Assembly: GCA_016934535.1 (NCBI GenBank)
Contig: JAFGSQ010000023.1
Coordinates: 1 to 34,332, forward strand
DNA length: 34,332 nt
Reading direction: 5' to 3'
From: a candidate division WOR-3 bacterium
Lineage (GTDB): Bacteria > SDB-A
Shown here piece by piece: positions 17,593 through 28,031 of the stretch. The stretch's first letter is position 1. The number at the start of each line of letters is the position of its first letter. The notes below the pieces were generated by a model, which was given only the letters and a program-made list of their open reading frames with translations, was not told where the DNA came from and searched no databases. The position numbers and the translations under genes were made by a program.

Positions 17593-19343
17593 CACAGAAA
17601 AAGGAAAAAATCTTAAAAGGAATACCAGTCAGCGCCGGTGTAGCTATAGGCAAGTCTAACGTCTATAAAATACTTAAAAAGCGCGAGGAGTTCGTGTCCC
17701 GCCCTAGAATTGAATCCGATCAAGTAGGAACAGAAATCGGAAAACTGCTGCGCTCGGTATCGCAGGCTAAGGCGACATTGAACCATCACAGATCTCGATT
17801 GACAGGCAGGACGAGTAATTACCACCTCGGAATATTCGAGTTTCAGTCATTTCTTCTTGAAGACGAATCATATATTGGAGCGATCAAAAAACTTATTGAG
17901 GAAAAACAGATTACCGCCGGTGAAGCTATTTGGACTGTTACAGATGAATTGGCCAAAAAATTAAAACAGACATTCGAAGATATCAAAGACGTTGGCAATT
18001 TGATTTTTTCAGGTCTTTCAGATTCGGAAAATTTCCATCTATCGATAGCCAATCCTGATGAACCGTTTATTTTCATCTGCGATATACTGGCGCCTTCCAT
18101 GATAATTTACCTTTTTGAAAGCAAGGTATCCGGAATTATCACGGAATTCGGAGGAAAGACTTCTCACGCAGTGATATTGTCCGAAAGCCTCGGTGTACCG
18201 GTTATAGTCAACGCAAAAAAAATTACTGAAACAGCCAAAAACGACGATGTTGTGGGAATGGAGGGGGGATGCGGCAAAATTGTCTTGAACCCCTCCGAGT
18301 TCAGAATAAAGGCATACAAAAGACTTCAGGTATGGAACGGAAAATACAAGACGATAATATTGAAAAAAGCGAAAAATAAAGCCGAGACCAAAGACAGCTT
18401 TAAAGTCAAAGTAATGGCGAATATTGAAATTGTCTCTGAGATTACCCAAGCTGTTGAACAGGGAGCTGAAGGAATAGGCCTTTACAGAACGGAGTTTATC
18501 TTTCTGGATAACCCGCATTATTTACCGACTCACAGGGAGCAGTTTAAAATATACAAAGAGGTTATTTCGATGATGAACGGCTTGCCGGTAATTTTCAGAA
18601 TCGCGGATTTGGGGTCGGATAAAATACCGTTTTATCTCGAGAGCCACCGGAAAATATGGAGGGAAGAAATGAATCCCGCTCTCGGTTACAGAGGAATTAG
18701 ACTAATGCACGAAAATTACAAAGAATTAATACTTCCCCAATTAAAAGCTCTTTTGAGAGCTTCGGCATACGGACCGGTGAAAATTATGCTTCCCATGGTC
18801 TCCCTTGTGAATGAGGTAAAAGAGTTTATCGAGAAAACAGATGAGGCTATGGATGAACTTGGGAATGAAGCTCCTTCAAAGAAACCTCAGCTTGGCATCA
18901 TGCTTGAAACTCCTGTATCGATATTGATGATGGAAAAATTTCTGCCTTATGTTGATTTTTTTTCGATCGGAACGAACGATCTCACGCAGTACACTCTCGC
19001 TGTGGACAGAGACAACCCTCAAGTCGGGTATATCTGGGATCATATGCACCCGGGAGTTCTTCAGCTTGTGAAGAGGGCAATCGACATTGCCAACAAAGCA
19101 AAAAAAGAGATCAGCATTTGCGGAGAATCCGCGGGAGATCCTTTTGCGGCGGCTGTTTTTGTAGGTTTCGGGCTTAAAAATTTAAGCGTTTCGGCTTTAA
19201 AAGTAGCAGTCACAAAACACTATATCAGACAATGGACAAAGAAAGAACTCGATGAGATAGCTTCGGAGGTTCTGGCAATGGATTCGTCTGAAGATGTCAA
19301 ACAATACGTTAAAAGGACGGTGAAGGTTGGCTTATCAGGGTAA
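17589..19343 (+). CDS. ptsI: PEP-protein phosphotransferase (PTS Enzyme I)
   Basis: GGKTSHAVI (phospho-His), GIGLYRTEF, NPALGYRGIR, SIGTNDLTQY and ICGE motifs. Confidence 0.96.
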   Translation: MTQKKEKILKGIPVSAGVAIGKSNVYKILKKREEFVSRPRIESDQVGTEIGKLLRSVSQAKATLNHHRSRLTGRTSNYHLGIFEFQSFLLEDESYIGAIKKLIEEKQITAGEAIWTVTDELAKKLKQTFEDIKDVGNLIFSGLSDSENFHLSIANPDEPFIFICDILAPSMIIYLFESKVSGIITEFGGKTSHAVILSESLGVPVIVNAKKITETAKNDDVVGMEGGCGKIVLNPSEFRIKAYKRLQVWNGKYKTIILKKAKNKAETKDSFKVKVMANIEIVSEITQAVEQGAEGIGLYRTEFIFLDNPHYLPTHREQFKIYKEVISMMNGLPVIFRIADLGSDKIPFYLESHRKIWREEMNPALGYRGIRLMHENYKELILPQLKALLRASAYGPVKIMLPMVSLVNEVKEFIEKTDEAMDELGNEAPSKKPQLGIMLETPVSILMMEKFLPYVDFFSIGTNDLTQYTLAVDRDNPQVGYIWDHMHPGVLQLVKRAIDIANKAKKEISICGESAGDPFAAAVFVGFGLKNLSVSALKVAVTKHYIRQWTKKELDEIASEVLAMDSSEDVKQYVKRTVKVGLSG

Positions 19344-20331
19344 TAAGATTATGTGGGACTGGATCAACGCTTGGCCCGTGGACTTAAAAAAGGGGTATTT
19401 TAAAACCGGCGAATTAGAGTTAACCGGCATTGGTTCAGTCATTTTTTGGGGTATGGGCGGATCCGGGATGGTTGGGAAAATAATGGCTGATATGTCTTCT
19501 GAAATGGGTTCCAAGCCAGTGTTCTCCTCAGGGGGGTACTCGTTGCCTAATTGGATTTCAGAAGACGACCTTTTTATACCCGTGAGTTATTCAGGAAACA
19601 CAGAGGAAACGCTTGAGTCGTTTGACAAGGCTGTTTTAAAAAGGGTTAGGTTGATCAGCATGTCGTCGGGAGGAAAACTCGCTCAAAGAGCTGGTGCAAA
19701 CAATTTTATAAACCTTCCGCTTCAGGAGGGAAGAGCGCCGAGAGCCGATTTGCCCGAGATGCTGGGAATATCCCTGAGTATCTGTGAAAAAGCCGGTGTT
19801 TTTTATTCGATGGCGGATAAGCTTGAAAGGGCTGTCTCCAGTGCGGTTTCTGTTCTTGAAGAGAGAAAAAGAGAGATTAAAGAATTGGCCCAAAAAACCT
19901 TTGGTTCCAACTTATACATTATCGCCCCGGAAAAGATGAAAAGCGTCTCCTACAGGTGGGTATGCCAGATAAACGAAAATTCAAAAAAAAGAGCGCAAGG
20001 GTTATGGCTACCGGAGATGAATCATAATTTTGTCGTCGGCGGGGTGCCCGAGAATTCAGTTTTCATTTATCTCGTCCAGAAAATATCGGATGATGAAAAA
20101 AATCAAAAGAGGCGTCAAGGAACTTCAGCCCTTATGAAAGAAATGGCTGAAAATTTTACCTTTTTCGAGATCGAGCTCGCAGGGGAGGATTATTTTTCCT
20201 CCTACGTGGAATCTCTTGTCTGTGGCGACCTCTACAGCTATTTTTTGGCTGAGTTTTTGGATGTTGATCCTTTGCCCATTTCCGCTATCGACAAGCTGAA
20301 ATCATTTATGATCTCCGGGGCACAAAGATGA
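19327..20331 (+). CDS. Bifunctional phosphoglucose/phosphomannose isomerase (SIS fold)
   Basis: GMGGSG, SYSGNTEET, SSGG, QINENSK and PEMNHN motifs. The start could alternatively be ATG 19351. Confidence 0.9.
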   Translation: MAYQGNKIMWDWINAWPVDLKKGYFKTGELELTGIGSVIFWGMGGSGMVGKIMADMSSEMGSKPVFSSGGYSLPNWISEDDLFIPVSYSGNTEETLESFDKAVLKRVRLISMSSGGKLAQRAGANNFINLPLQEGRAPRADLPEMLGISLSICEKAGVFYSMADKLERAVSSAVSVLEERKREIKELAQKTFGSNLYIIAPEKMKSVSYRWVCQINENSKKRAQGLWLPEMNHNFVVGGVPENSVFIYLVQKISDDEKNQKRRQGTSALMKEMAENFTFFEIELAGEDYFSSYVESLVCGDLYSYFLAEFLDVDPLPISAIDKLKSFMISGAQR

Positions 20332-21299
20332 GGGTTTTGATTCCGGCCGCTGGAGTCGGAAAGAGGCTTCAACCCCACACTTTCACGTTGCCCAAAGTGC
20401 TGTTGAGGTTAGCGGGAAAACCGATGATCGCGCATATTATGGATATCGCGGAAAAGATCGAACCGGAAGAGGTCGTCATCGTAGTCGGATACAAGAGTGA
20501 AATCATAAAAAAATATCTTTCCAGGTATGAGAAAAGATTCAAGCTTCTTTTTGTAGATCAACAAGAAATGCTGGGGCTCGGTCACGCTGTTTACATAACA
20601 GGAGACAGCGACAAGGACACTTTGATAATCCTTGGCGACACCATATTCAGATTCGACCTCAAACAGGTTGTAAAATCTGCAGGAAATTCAATCGGTGTGG
20701 CTCAGGTCCAGGATCCTAGACGTTTCGGGGTCGTGGAATTAAATGAAGACAAAACCGTGAAAAGACTGGTCGAAAAGCCGGCGAATCCCACTTCAAATTT
20801 GGCAATAGTGGGATTATACAGGATTAGAGATTTCCACGATCTGTACAATTCCTTGCGTCATTTGATCGAAAGCGGAAAAAAAACATCGGGAGAAATTCAG
20901 CTTACTGACGCGCTTGAAAAAATGGTCGAAGATGGTAAAAGAATAGGCGTTTTCGGTATCGATCAGTGGCTTGACTGCGGAAAACCGGAGACCCTGCTTT
21001 CGACTCAAGCTTTTTTACTCGGTGAAAACACCCAAAGGCATTCAATCCCTACAAGCTCGGTCTTGGAGCCAGTTTTTATCTCCAAAGGGGCGGTGATACA
21101 AAACTCGGTTATTGGCCCAAACGTCGATGTGGGGGAAAATTGCGTGATAAAAAACTGTGTAATCAGAGACGCGATCATAGGCATGAATTCTGTAATCTCC
21201 GACTCGCTTCTCGAAAGATCTATTGTAGGCGACAACAGTAGAATAGAAGGTCATTTCAAAAAAATCCAGATTTGCAAAAATTCTGAAGTCATATTTTAA
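20328..21299 (+). CDS. Sugar-phosphate nucleotidyltransferase with a C-terminal left-handed beta-helix
   Basis: [36 protein letters not shown] and WLDCG motifs, then hexapeptide repeats. Confidence 0.92.
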   Translation: MRVLIPAAGVGKRLQPHTFTLPKVLLRLAGKPMIAHIMDIAEKIEPEEVVIVVGYKSEIIKKYLSRYEKRFKLLFVDQQEMLGLGHAVYITGDSDKDTLIILGDTIFRFDLKQVVKSAGNSIGVAQVQDPRRFGVVELNEDKTVKRLVEKPANPTSNLAIVGLYRIRDFHDLYNSLRHLIESGKKTSGEIQLTDALEKMVEDGKRIGVFGIDQWLDCGKPETLLSTQAFLLGENTQRHSIPTSSVLEPVFISKGAVIQNSVIGPNVDVGENCVIKNCVIRDAIIGMNSVISDSLLERSIVGDNSRIEGHFKKIQICKNSEVIF

Positions 21300-21310
21300 A
21301 GAGAGGAACA

Positions 21311-22441
21311 ATGGAAAAATATCTTTTTACATCTGAATCCGTTACGGAGGGACACCCTGACAAGCTGTGCGATCAAATTTCAGACGCAATATTGGACGGC
21401 GTTCTCACCAAAGATCATGATGGCAGGGTCGCCTGCGAGACATTGACCACCACGGGTCTTATAATGATAGTCGGAGAAATAACGACATCGGCTTATGTCG
21501 AATTTCAACAGATAGCAAGAAAAGTGGTCATGGAAGCCGGATACGATGACCCGAAATACGGTTTTGACTATGAATCTTGCGCGGTGATGTCTTCAATTCA
21601 CAATCAGACCCAGGACATCGCGACTGGCGTGGACACCGGCGGAGCAGGAGATCAGGGAATGATGTTCGGTTTCGCTTGCAAAGAAACAAAAGAGCTGATG
21701 CCCCTTCCCATAATGCTCGCTCATAAATTGACCAGGAGATTAGCCGAGGTTAGAAAGACCACAAAAGGATGCCGGGTTTGGCCCGACGGAAAATCTCAGG
21801 TGACGGTAGAATACAACAAAGAACGAAAACCCGTGCGCATAGATACGGTAGTCGTGAGCACCCAGCATAGTGCTGATTTCAAAAAAGCGGAGTTGGATGA
21901 TTTTATTAGAAACGAAGTTATATTTAAAACTCTACCAATGGAAATGATCGACAATGACATGAAAATATTCATCAATCCTACGGGTAAGTTTGTAAACGGC
22001 GGTCCAGCAGCGGATTCCGGTCTTACGGGTAGAAAGATAATGGTCGACACATACGGAGGATACGCAAGACACGGAGGGGGAGCTTTTTCCGGTAAAGACC
22101 CGACCAAAGTCGACAGAAGCGGAGCTTACATGGCCCGTTATCTGGCTAAAAATGTCGTCGCGGCAGGTTTGGCAGAAAAGTGTGAGATTCAGATTGCCTA
22201 CGCCATCGGAATCGCGAGGCCGGTATCTGTTTTCATAGAGACTTTCGGCACGGGTAAGACCCCAGATGAGGAAATAGCGAAAAAAATTCAGGAGATTGTG
22301 GATTTGACACCTCAAGGTATAATCCAGAGGTTTAAATTGACGAGACCGATTTACAGGAATACCTCCGTCTACGGCCATTTCGGGAGGGAAAACGAAGGTT
22401 TCCCATGGGAAGTTATAGACCTCGTCAAGGATCTGAAATAG
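21311..22441 (+). CDS. metK: S-adenosylmethionine synthetase
   Basis: [34 protein letters not shown] and [17 protein letters not shown] motifs. Confidence 0.98.
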   Translation: MEKYLFTSESVTEGHPDKLCDQISDAILDGVLTKDHDGRVACETLTTTGLIMIVGEITTSAYVEFQQIARKVVMEAGYDDPKYGFDYESCAVMSSIHNQTQDIATGVDTGGAGDQGMMFGFACKETKELMPLPIMLAHKLTRRLAEVRKTTKGCRVWPDGKSQVTVEYNKERKPVRIDTVVVSTQHSADFKKAELDDFIRNEVIFKTLPMEMIDNDMKIFINPTGKFVNGGPAADSGLTGRKIMVDTYGGYARHGGGAFSGKDPTKVDRSGAYMARYLAKNVVAAGLAEKCEIQIAYAIGIARPVSVFIETFGTGKTPDEEIAKKIQEIVDLTPQGIIQRFKLTRPIYRNTSVYGHFGRENEGFPWEVIDLVKDLK

Positions 22442-22450
22442 ATTGCAAAA

Positions 22451-23986
22451 GTGAAATATGCGTCCGGGATAAGATTCTTTATTATAGTAATAACCGCCGG
22501 GCTTTCTCTTACTTGTGTCGCTTCTGTCGTTCTGATTGACAGATCAATCGCTTTAGCGAGAGAATCAATTTCGTTTTCAATCGACGCCGAAATGGAGACC
22601 CTTGAAAGATATTTAGTCGAAACAGGCTCCGATGATCTCTCTTTTGGGAGATCTTATTTCGATTTTATATCCAAGGACAGTTCACTCTTGATCGGTGAAA
22701 ATGCCTTTGTCTCAAGCGTCAACCTGCCCGACGGGAGTAAAATTTACTTCGGTAGAAGCGCTGAGGATTTTGAAAAGATCAACTTTTACAAAAATACAAT
22801 AATCGCAGCTCTTGCGGGTATAGTTGTCCTATCGCTTATCTCGGTCGTTTTATTCACCAGAGAGAATGTGATGAAACCTTTTAAAATCATGGGAGACCTC
22901 ACTGGTACTTCACCGGAGCCTGAGGAACTCATAGAAAATATGAGAAGCATCATCAACGATCTCGAAGAAAAGAAAAATGAACTTGAAAATCTGTATTCGG
23001 CGGAAAAAAACAAAGCGAGGGATCTCGCTCTGAGAAGCCGAGCAGTGATTCAAAGTCTTGAAGCTGGAATAATTGACGTCGATGCTGAAGCCAACATAAT
23101 ACAAGCAAATCAAGGTTTTTTTAATATCTCGGGAGAACATGAACTGAGCGGAAATTTAATAAATTCTCGGGTTGGAGAAAATATAAAAAGCGCGATATTC
23201 GACTGTCTGAAGGATAAAAAATCAACCAAATCGAGACTGGAAATCAGAGGAAGGATAATTGATGAAATTGTTTCGCCTGTCCTCGAATCAGAGAGAATAG
23301 TCGGAGCCGTCGCCGTTTTTTACGATATTACAGACACTGTCCTGCTCGAGAGAATGCTGTCGACGAGGGAAAAAATGCTTTCTCTGTCCGAAATATCTGC
23401 AGGGGTGTCTCATGAATTCAGAAACTCCGCCGGAGTCCTGATCGCTTTAGCGAGCGCTATATACCAGAAGCAAAGCGACGAAAACGCGAAAATGCTTCTC
23501 GAAGAAACCAAATCCCTGGTTGGTATAATAGAAAATTTTTCTGAGCTCGCCCGGAAAAAAGATAAATCTTTCGCCGAATTCGACCTGAAAAAAATGACGG
23601 ATGAAATAAAAAAATACTACAATTGGAATTTCAAAACAGACATCAGACATTTCATGTTCATGGGTGATAGAGATTTGATCCGAAGAGCTCTAATAAATGT
23701 CTTGCAGAATTCCGTTGAAGCTTCAAGAAACAGGGAATCGGAAATTTTAGTCAAAGCTGATAAACTGAACAGCTGGCAGAGAATCGAGATCACCGACAAG
23801 GCCGGAGGGATGAATGATGAAGATTTGGAAAAAATCAAAGCTCCATTTTTTTCTTCAAAAAAGGAAGGGATCGGCTTGGGACTTTCTATTGTCGAGAAAA
23901 TAATGCAAATGCACAAGGGATCTCTTGAAATAAAAAACTTTGATGGAGGTTTGAAAGTTACGATGTCCTGGAGCTGCGGTGAGTAA
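22451..23986 (+). CDS. Membrane sensor histidine kinase with PAS domain
   Basis: Two TM segments, a coiled coil, PAS ending YDIT, H-box SHEFRNS, N-box NVLQNS, D.AGG, PFFS and GIGLGL. Confidence 0.93.
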   Translation: MKYASGIRFFIIVITAGLSLTCVASVVLIDRSIALARESISFSIDAEMETLERYLVETGSDDLSFGRSYFDFISKDSSLLIGENAFVSSVNLPDGSKIYFGRSAEDFEKINFYKNTIIAALAGIVVLSLISVVLFTRENVMKPFKIMGDLTGTSPEPEELIENMRSIINDLEEKKNELENLYSAEKNKARDLALRSRAVIQSLEAGIIDVDAEANIIQANQGFFNISGEHELSGNLINSRVGENIKSAIFDCLKDKKSTKSRLEIRGRIIDEIVSPVLESERIVGAVAVFYDITDTVLLERMLSTREKMLSLSEISAGVSHEFRNSAGVLIALASAIYQKQSDENAKMLLEETKSLVGIIENFSELARKKDKSFAEFDLKKMTDEIKKYYNWNFKTDIRHFMFMGDRDLIRRALINVLQNSVEASRNRESEILVKADKLNSWQRIEITDKAGGMNDEDLEKIKAPFFSSKKEGIGLGLSIVEKIMQMHKGSLEIKNFDGGLKVTMSWSCGE

Positions 23987-25289
23987 AATTTTAATTGTTG
24001 AAGACAAGAAAAATTTAAGAATAGCTCTGAGTAACTTCCTCAAGGAAAACGATTTTGTTGTCTCAGAAACGGATGGCGTCGAAACTGCAAAAAACATTCT
24101 TGACAGGGAGTTTTTTCAAGCGGCTGTTATCGACATAAGACTGTCTGACGGGAACGGACTCGAAATCCTGGATTTTATCAGAAATTCAAAAAAAGACCTG
24201 ATAGTCATCATGATGAGCGCTTACGGAGACATACCAGTGGCGGTTTCAGCTATAAAAAAAGGCGCGAAAGACTTTGTCACAAAACCTTTTGAACCCATGG
24301 AATTGCTTCAAATTTTGCAAAGAGAGATTTCCCTTTCTGCTGTTGGAAAAGAGAATCCGATGGAAATGTCTGAAACGGTGGGGACATCAAAACTATGGCT
24401 TGATGTACTTAAGCTCGCCAGGGATGTCGCGAAAATAGACAGTACAGTTTTGATTTCGGGTGAAACAGGATCGGGAAAAGAAGTTGTCGCCCGTTATATT
24501 CACCTAAACAGCAAAAGGGCAAAAGCGCCTTTTATCCCTGTAAACTGCGCCGCCCTGCCGAAAGAACTCGTCGAGAGCGAGCTTTTTGGAGCCGAGGCGG
24601 GGGCGTACACCGGGGCGGAAAGAGCGAGGACAGGAAAATTCGAATCAGCTCACGGAGGCACGATATTTTTAGACGAAATAGGCGATCTTTCGGATGAAGC
24701 ACAGGCAAAGATATTGCGAATACTCGAGACAAAAAAAGTGCAAAGGCTTGGAAGTTCGACGCCGATAGAAGTTGACACAAGAATAATTTCAGCGACAAAT
24801 AAAAATCTGAGCGAAGAGATAAAAAGAGGGAGGTTCAGGGAAGACCTTTTTTACAGAATTTCGGTTTTTCCTATAGAAGTTCCGCCACTCAGAGACAGGC
24901 CTGAAGATATTTCAAGCATAGCGAAATACCTGATAGGCAAAATAGCTTCAAAACTTGAAAGAGATTTCGATGATGAAATTCCGAGTCCTGTTCTTGACAG
25001 GCTTGTCTCCCATGATTGGCCTGGAAACGTCAGAGAACTGTCAAATGTAATGGAGAGAGCCATGATACTTTCGGGCGGAAGAGTTATAGACCCTGAAAAG
25101 ATTTTTATACCGGAAAAGGAAAGAGAGTCTGATATTCACAGAGCGGTCATGGACAGAGAGAGAGAAATTATTGTAAAAGCTCTCAAGAAAACCGGATGGA
25201 ACAGAACGGAAGCCGCAAAAACACTCGGCATAAGCTACAGATCCTTGCTCGAGAAGATAAAAAAGTATAAAATAGTTAAAAAAACTTGA
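23979..25289 (+). CDS. NtrC-family sigma-54-dependent response regulator
   Basis: Receiver (VED, DIRL, KP); AAA+ domain with GETGSGKE, ESELFG, GAYTGA, FLDEIG and WPGNVREL; Fis-type HTH. Overlaps the kinase by 8 nt. Confidence 0.96.
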   Translation: MSKILIVEDKKNLRIALSNFLKENDFVVSETDGVETAKNILDREFFQAAVIDIRLSDGNGLEILDFIRNSKKDLIVIMMSAYGDIPVAVSAIKKGAKDFVTKPFEPMELLQILQREISLSAVGKENPMEMSETVGTSKLWLDVLKLARDVAKIDSTVLISGETGSGKEVVARYIHLNSKRAKAPFIPVNCAALPKELVESELFGAEAGAYTGAERARTGKFESAHGGTIFLDEIGDLSDEAQAKILRILETKKVQRLGSSTPIEVDTRIISATNKNLSEEIKRGRFREDLFYRISVFPIEVPPLRDRPEDISSIAKYLIGKIASKLERDFDDEIPSPVLDRLVSHDWPGNVRELSNVMERAMILSGGRVIDPEKIFIPEKERESDIHRAVMDREREIIVKALKKTGWNRTEAAKTLGISYRSLLEKIKKYKIVKKT

Positions 25290-25314
25290 CAAGATTTGAT
25301 CTACGTGAAAAAAT
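25286..25314 (+). promoter_or_regulatory. Sigma-70 promoter candidate for rpmB
   Basis: TTGACA overlapping the upstream stop codon, a 17-nt spacer ending in TGn, then AAAAAT. Confidence 0.5.
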
Positions 25315-25344
25315 CTTCCGATTTAATATAAAACAGGAGATAAT

Positions 25345-25539
25345 ATGTCATATAAATGTGAAATTTGCGGGAAAGCACCGAGCGTTGGAAACAATGTCAG
25401 CCACGCGAACAATAGAACAAAGAGAAGATTCCTCCCGAATCTACAAAAGATCAAAGTGTTAGATCAAAAAGGGAAAACCGTAAAATTGTTGGTTTGTACT
25501 TCTTGCATAAAAGCAGGAAAAGTCAATAAATCTCAATAG
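25345..25539 (+). CDS. rpmB: 50S ribosomal protein L28, four-Cys (zinc-binding) form
   Basis: [41 protein letters not shown]. Confidence 0.98.
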   Translation: MSYKCEICGKAPSVGNNVSHANNRTKRRFLPNLQKIKVLDQKGKTVKLLVCTSCIKAGKVNKSQ

Positions 25540-25548
25540 ACTTACCCA

Positions 25549-26556
25549 ATGAGTTCCAGAATCAAGATTCTGGTTTTCGGTGTTTTTTTTGTCTTCCTCG
25601 AACTCTTCCTTTTAGCTCTAATCTCCTGTAACTACACCGCCTCTCAGACTGGGACAAACCGCCCTATAAGAGTAACAAGTTTTCAAACGGAAGACGGCGG
25701 ATTCAAAAGGTCTGTCTTTTACGGAAGAGATATAATCCAATCCGAGCTGATATATCCGCATCCAATTTGTACGGTTCCAAGTTACGCCGCTTTCCAAGTT
25801 AAACCTCTGACACCAGACGAGATTCTCGACGTTTCTTCCCTGCGTTCTCAAGGCTCTACAGAAGTCTCGATTTATACTTGCACCGATTCTTTCCGAATGT
25901 ACTTTGACGTCAAAGGAGGACAATTCGAGATTCCTTTCAACGGAATTGATTATTCCCCTTTAAGAATAGTCGTAAAACGCGGAGATCGGCAGGAAGAATT
26001 TATGCTGACCCTATATTCTGAGAGATGGATGGAGGTTTTTTGCGATTGGAATATTCAGTGCGCAATTCTTTGGGAAGGCGCGAGACCGAGGTATTGGACA
26101 ACAGTGTCCACTGGTAAAGACAACTGGACGAAAGCTGAGCACTGCAGAATATTCTCAAAAAGCCCGGTGGCTTATTTTGTGCTCAACAGAGCTCCCATGA
26201 GGTACTGGCTCGGATTCCAAGAAATTCACGGAACAATAAACGGCACCCACGCACCTCTTTCCGGTACATGGTGGAGGTTGGGAAGGCAGGGAAGCCACGG
26301 TTGTATAAGAAATCCACTTGCGGAGAACTTTTACGCTCTTCTCGACACAGGGCATAGGGTTGAGTTGCACTACAGCTATTCAGAGGGATTTTCTCTGAGA
26401 GAGATAAATCCAGCATGGGAATACATAGTTTTGGAACCCCTTGACACCCTTCAAGACACCATGTCGAATAAAGTATACACCGACGAAGCGAGAAAAAGGC
26501 TTTTACCGATTTTCAACGAAATAATTCAAAACGAGCGAAATCATTCAGATTTGTAA
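25549..26556 (+). CDS. L,D-transpeptidase (YkuD) family protein, probably membrane-anchored or a lipoprotein
   Basis: IHGT...LGRQGSHGCIR catalytic motif; N-terminal hydrophobic helix ending LISC. Confidence 0.8.
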   Translation: MSSRIKILVFGVFFVFLELFLLALISCNYTASQTGTNRPIRVTSFQTEDGGFKRSVFYGRDIIQSELIYPHPICTVPSYAAFQVKPLTPDEILDVSSLRSQGSTEVSIYTCTDSFRMYFDVKGGQFEIPFNGIDYSPLRIVVKRGDRQEEFMLTLYSERWMEVFCDWNIQCAILWEGARPRYWTTVSTGKDNWTKAEHCRIFSKSPVAYFVLNRAPMRYWLGFQEIHGTINGTHAPLSGTWWRLGRQGSHGCIRNPLAENFYALLDTGHRVELHYSYSEGFSLREINPAWEYIVLEPLDTLQDTMSNKVYTDEARKRLLPIFNEIIQNERNHSDL

Positions 26557-27978
26557 TTTGTCTTTAAAATATTTAGCGTTCCACCTGTAGATCAGCGAAG
26601 GTATAAAATCCCTTTTTTGAATTTCGTGTTGTTTTAAAATCAAAAATATAAACCAAGACATCAAGACGATACCTTTAAAGACACTGCTTACGCTGATGCT
26701 CCACCATACTCCATCCAACCCCAGAAACTTTTCCGAAAGAAAATAGGCGGCGGGTATGCGAAGACCGGTGAAAATAATTGACACTATCGAAGGGGGGAGT
26801 GTTTTCCCGATTCCATTGAACGCTCCTGCCGATGTTATCTCGAAACACATGAAAATCTGCGAAAAGGACAGTATCTTCAAATAAGAAACCCCGTGATTTA
26901 TGGTTTCTGCGTCTTTTACAAAAAAGGACATTATCCGGTCAGGAAAGAAAAAAAGAACGGCAAATGATATAATACCAATTCCCGTCATCAGCACAAGGGA
27001 TTCAGAATAACCTTTGACTATTCTGTTCCATTTCAGAGTTCCGAAGTTTTGACCCGTGAATGCGCAAAGGGCAGTTGAAAAGCCGCTGGCAGTCATATAC
27101 GAAATGCCTTCTACCTGAATTCCAATTTTCTGTGCCGCGATTGGAAGCGCGCCGTATCTTGCCACTACTCTGGCGAGTAAAATCGCGATCAGAGTGAAGG
27201 ACATGGATTGCAGAGCGACTGGGGAGCCGAATTTGACGATTCCGGTGATGTGTTTTATCGACATTTTTTTGAAAAACTGGAATTTTTTAAAAGGAATTCT
27301 TTTCAACCTCATGTAGACAACGAAAATCAAAGTGACAAGCGCTTGAGACAGAATTGTCGACAATGCCGCTCCTGCTACACCGAGTTTAGGAAAACCAAGA
27401 AGTCCGAATATCAGGAAAGGGTCCAACACAATGTTCGCGATTATTCCGATTGAATTTATGACAAAAGGCGTTTTGCTGTTTCCTGTGCCGTTAAAAATTC
27501 CCGAAAGAACAGGATTTACGAACATGAAAATCGTACCAAAGGAAATTATTGCGGCATAAATTTCAGCCCCGGACACAACGTCGGGTCTTTCGAATCCGTA
27601 AAACGCGATAAAATATTTTCTAGAGAAAAAGATGAACAAACCATAGAAAACGGCTGATATCAGATTTATTTGAAGCGCATTTCTCGCGTAATTTACCGCG
27701 GAGTCAAAATCGTTCCTGCCTATAGACTGAGCCACCCATATCTCCGCTCCGACCTTGGATACGAGTATGAAGGAAAACCCGAGCCATACCAAAAAACTCG
27801 CTGTTCCGACTGCCGCTACAGCCTCGCTGCTGAGTTTGCCAATCCAGAGCATATCGGTCACACCGTATGCAAGGTGTATGATGGAAGTGCCTATGACTGG
27901 GAGGGCAACTTTGATTATTTTAGGGAGTATCGAACCATTGGTCAAATCGACAGAAATTATTTTGTTTTGGTTGTCCAT
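26545..27978 (-). CDS. MATE-family efflux transporter
   Basis: DLTNGSI, AVAAVG, GNSKTP, NIVLDP, LGVAGAALST, GQNFG and GVWW motifs; about 12 TM segments. Confidence 0.95.
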   Translation of the reverse strand: MDNQNKIISVDLTNGSILPKIIKVALPVIGTSIIHLAYGVTDMLWIGKLSSEAVAAVGTASFLVWLGFSFILVSKVGAEIWVAQSIGRNDFDSAVNYARNALQINLISAVFYGLFIFFSRKYFIAFYGFERPDVVSGAEIYAAIISFGTIFMFVNPVLSGIFNGTGNSKTPFVINSIGIIANIVLDPFLIFGLLGFPKLGVAGAALSTILSQALVTLIFVVYMRLKRIPFKKFQFFKKMSIKHITGIVKFGSPVALQSMSFTLIAILLARVVARYGALPIAAQKIGIQVEGISYMTASGFSTALCAFTGQNFGTLKWNRIVKGYSESLVLMTGIGIISFAVLFFFPDRIMSFFVKDAETINHGVSYLKILSFSQIFMCFEITSAGAFNGIGKTLPPSIVSIIFTGLRIPAAYFLSEKFLGLDGVWWSISVSSVFKGIVLMSWFIFLILKQHEIQKRDFIPSLIYRWNAKYFKDKLQI

Positions 27979-28031
27979 GTTTTAAAATAGAAAGTATAAA
28001 CCAGCTCGTATATTTTTAAAAGGAGAGAAAA

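Noticed and set aside
24601..24618. GAYTGA instead of GAFTGA in the enhancer-binding protein
   Set aside because: A common natural variant; the other AAA+ motifs are intact.
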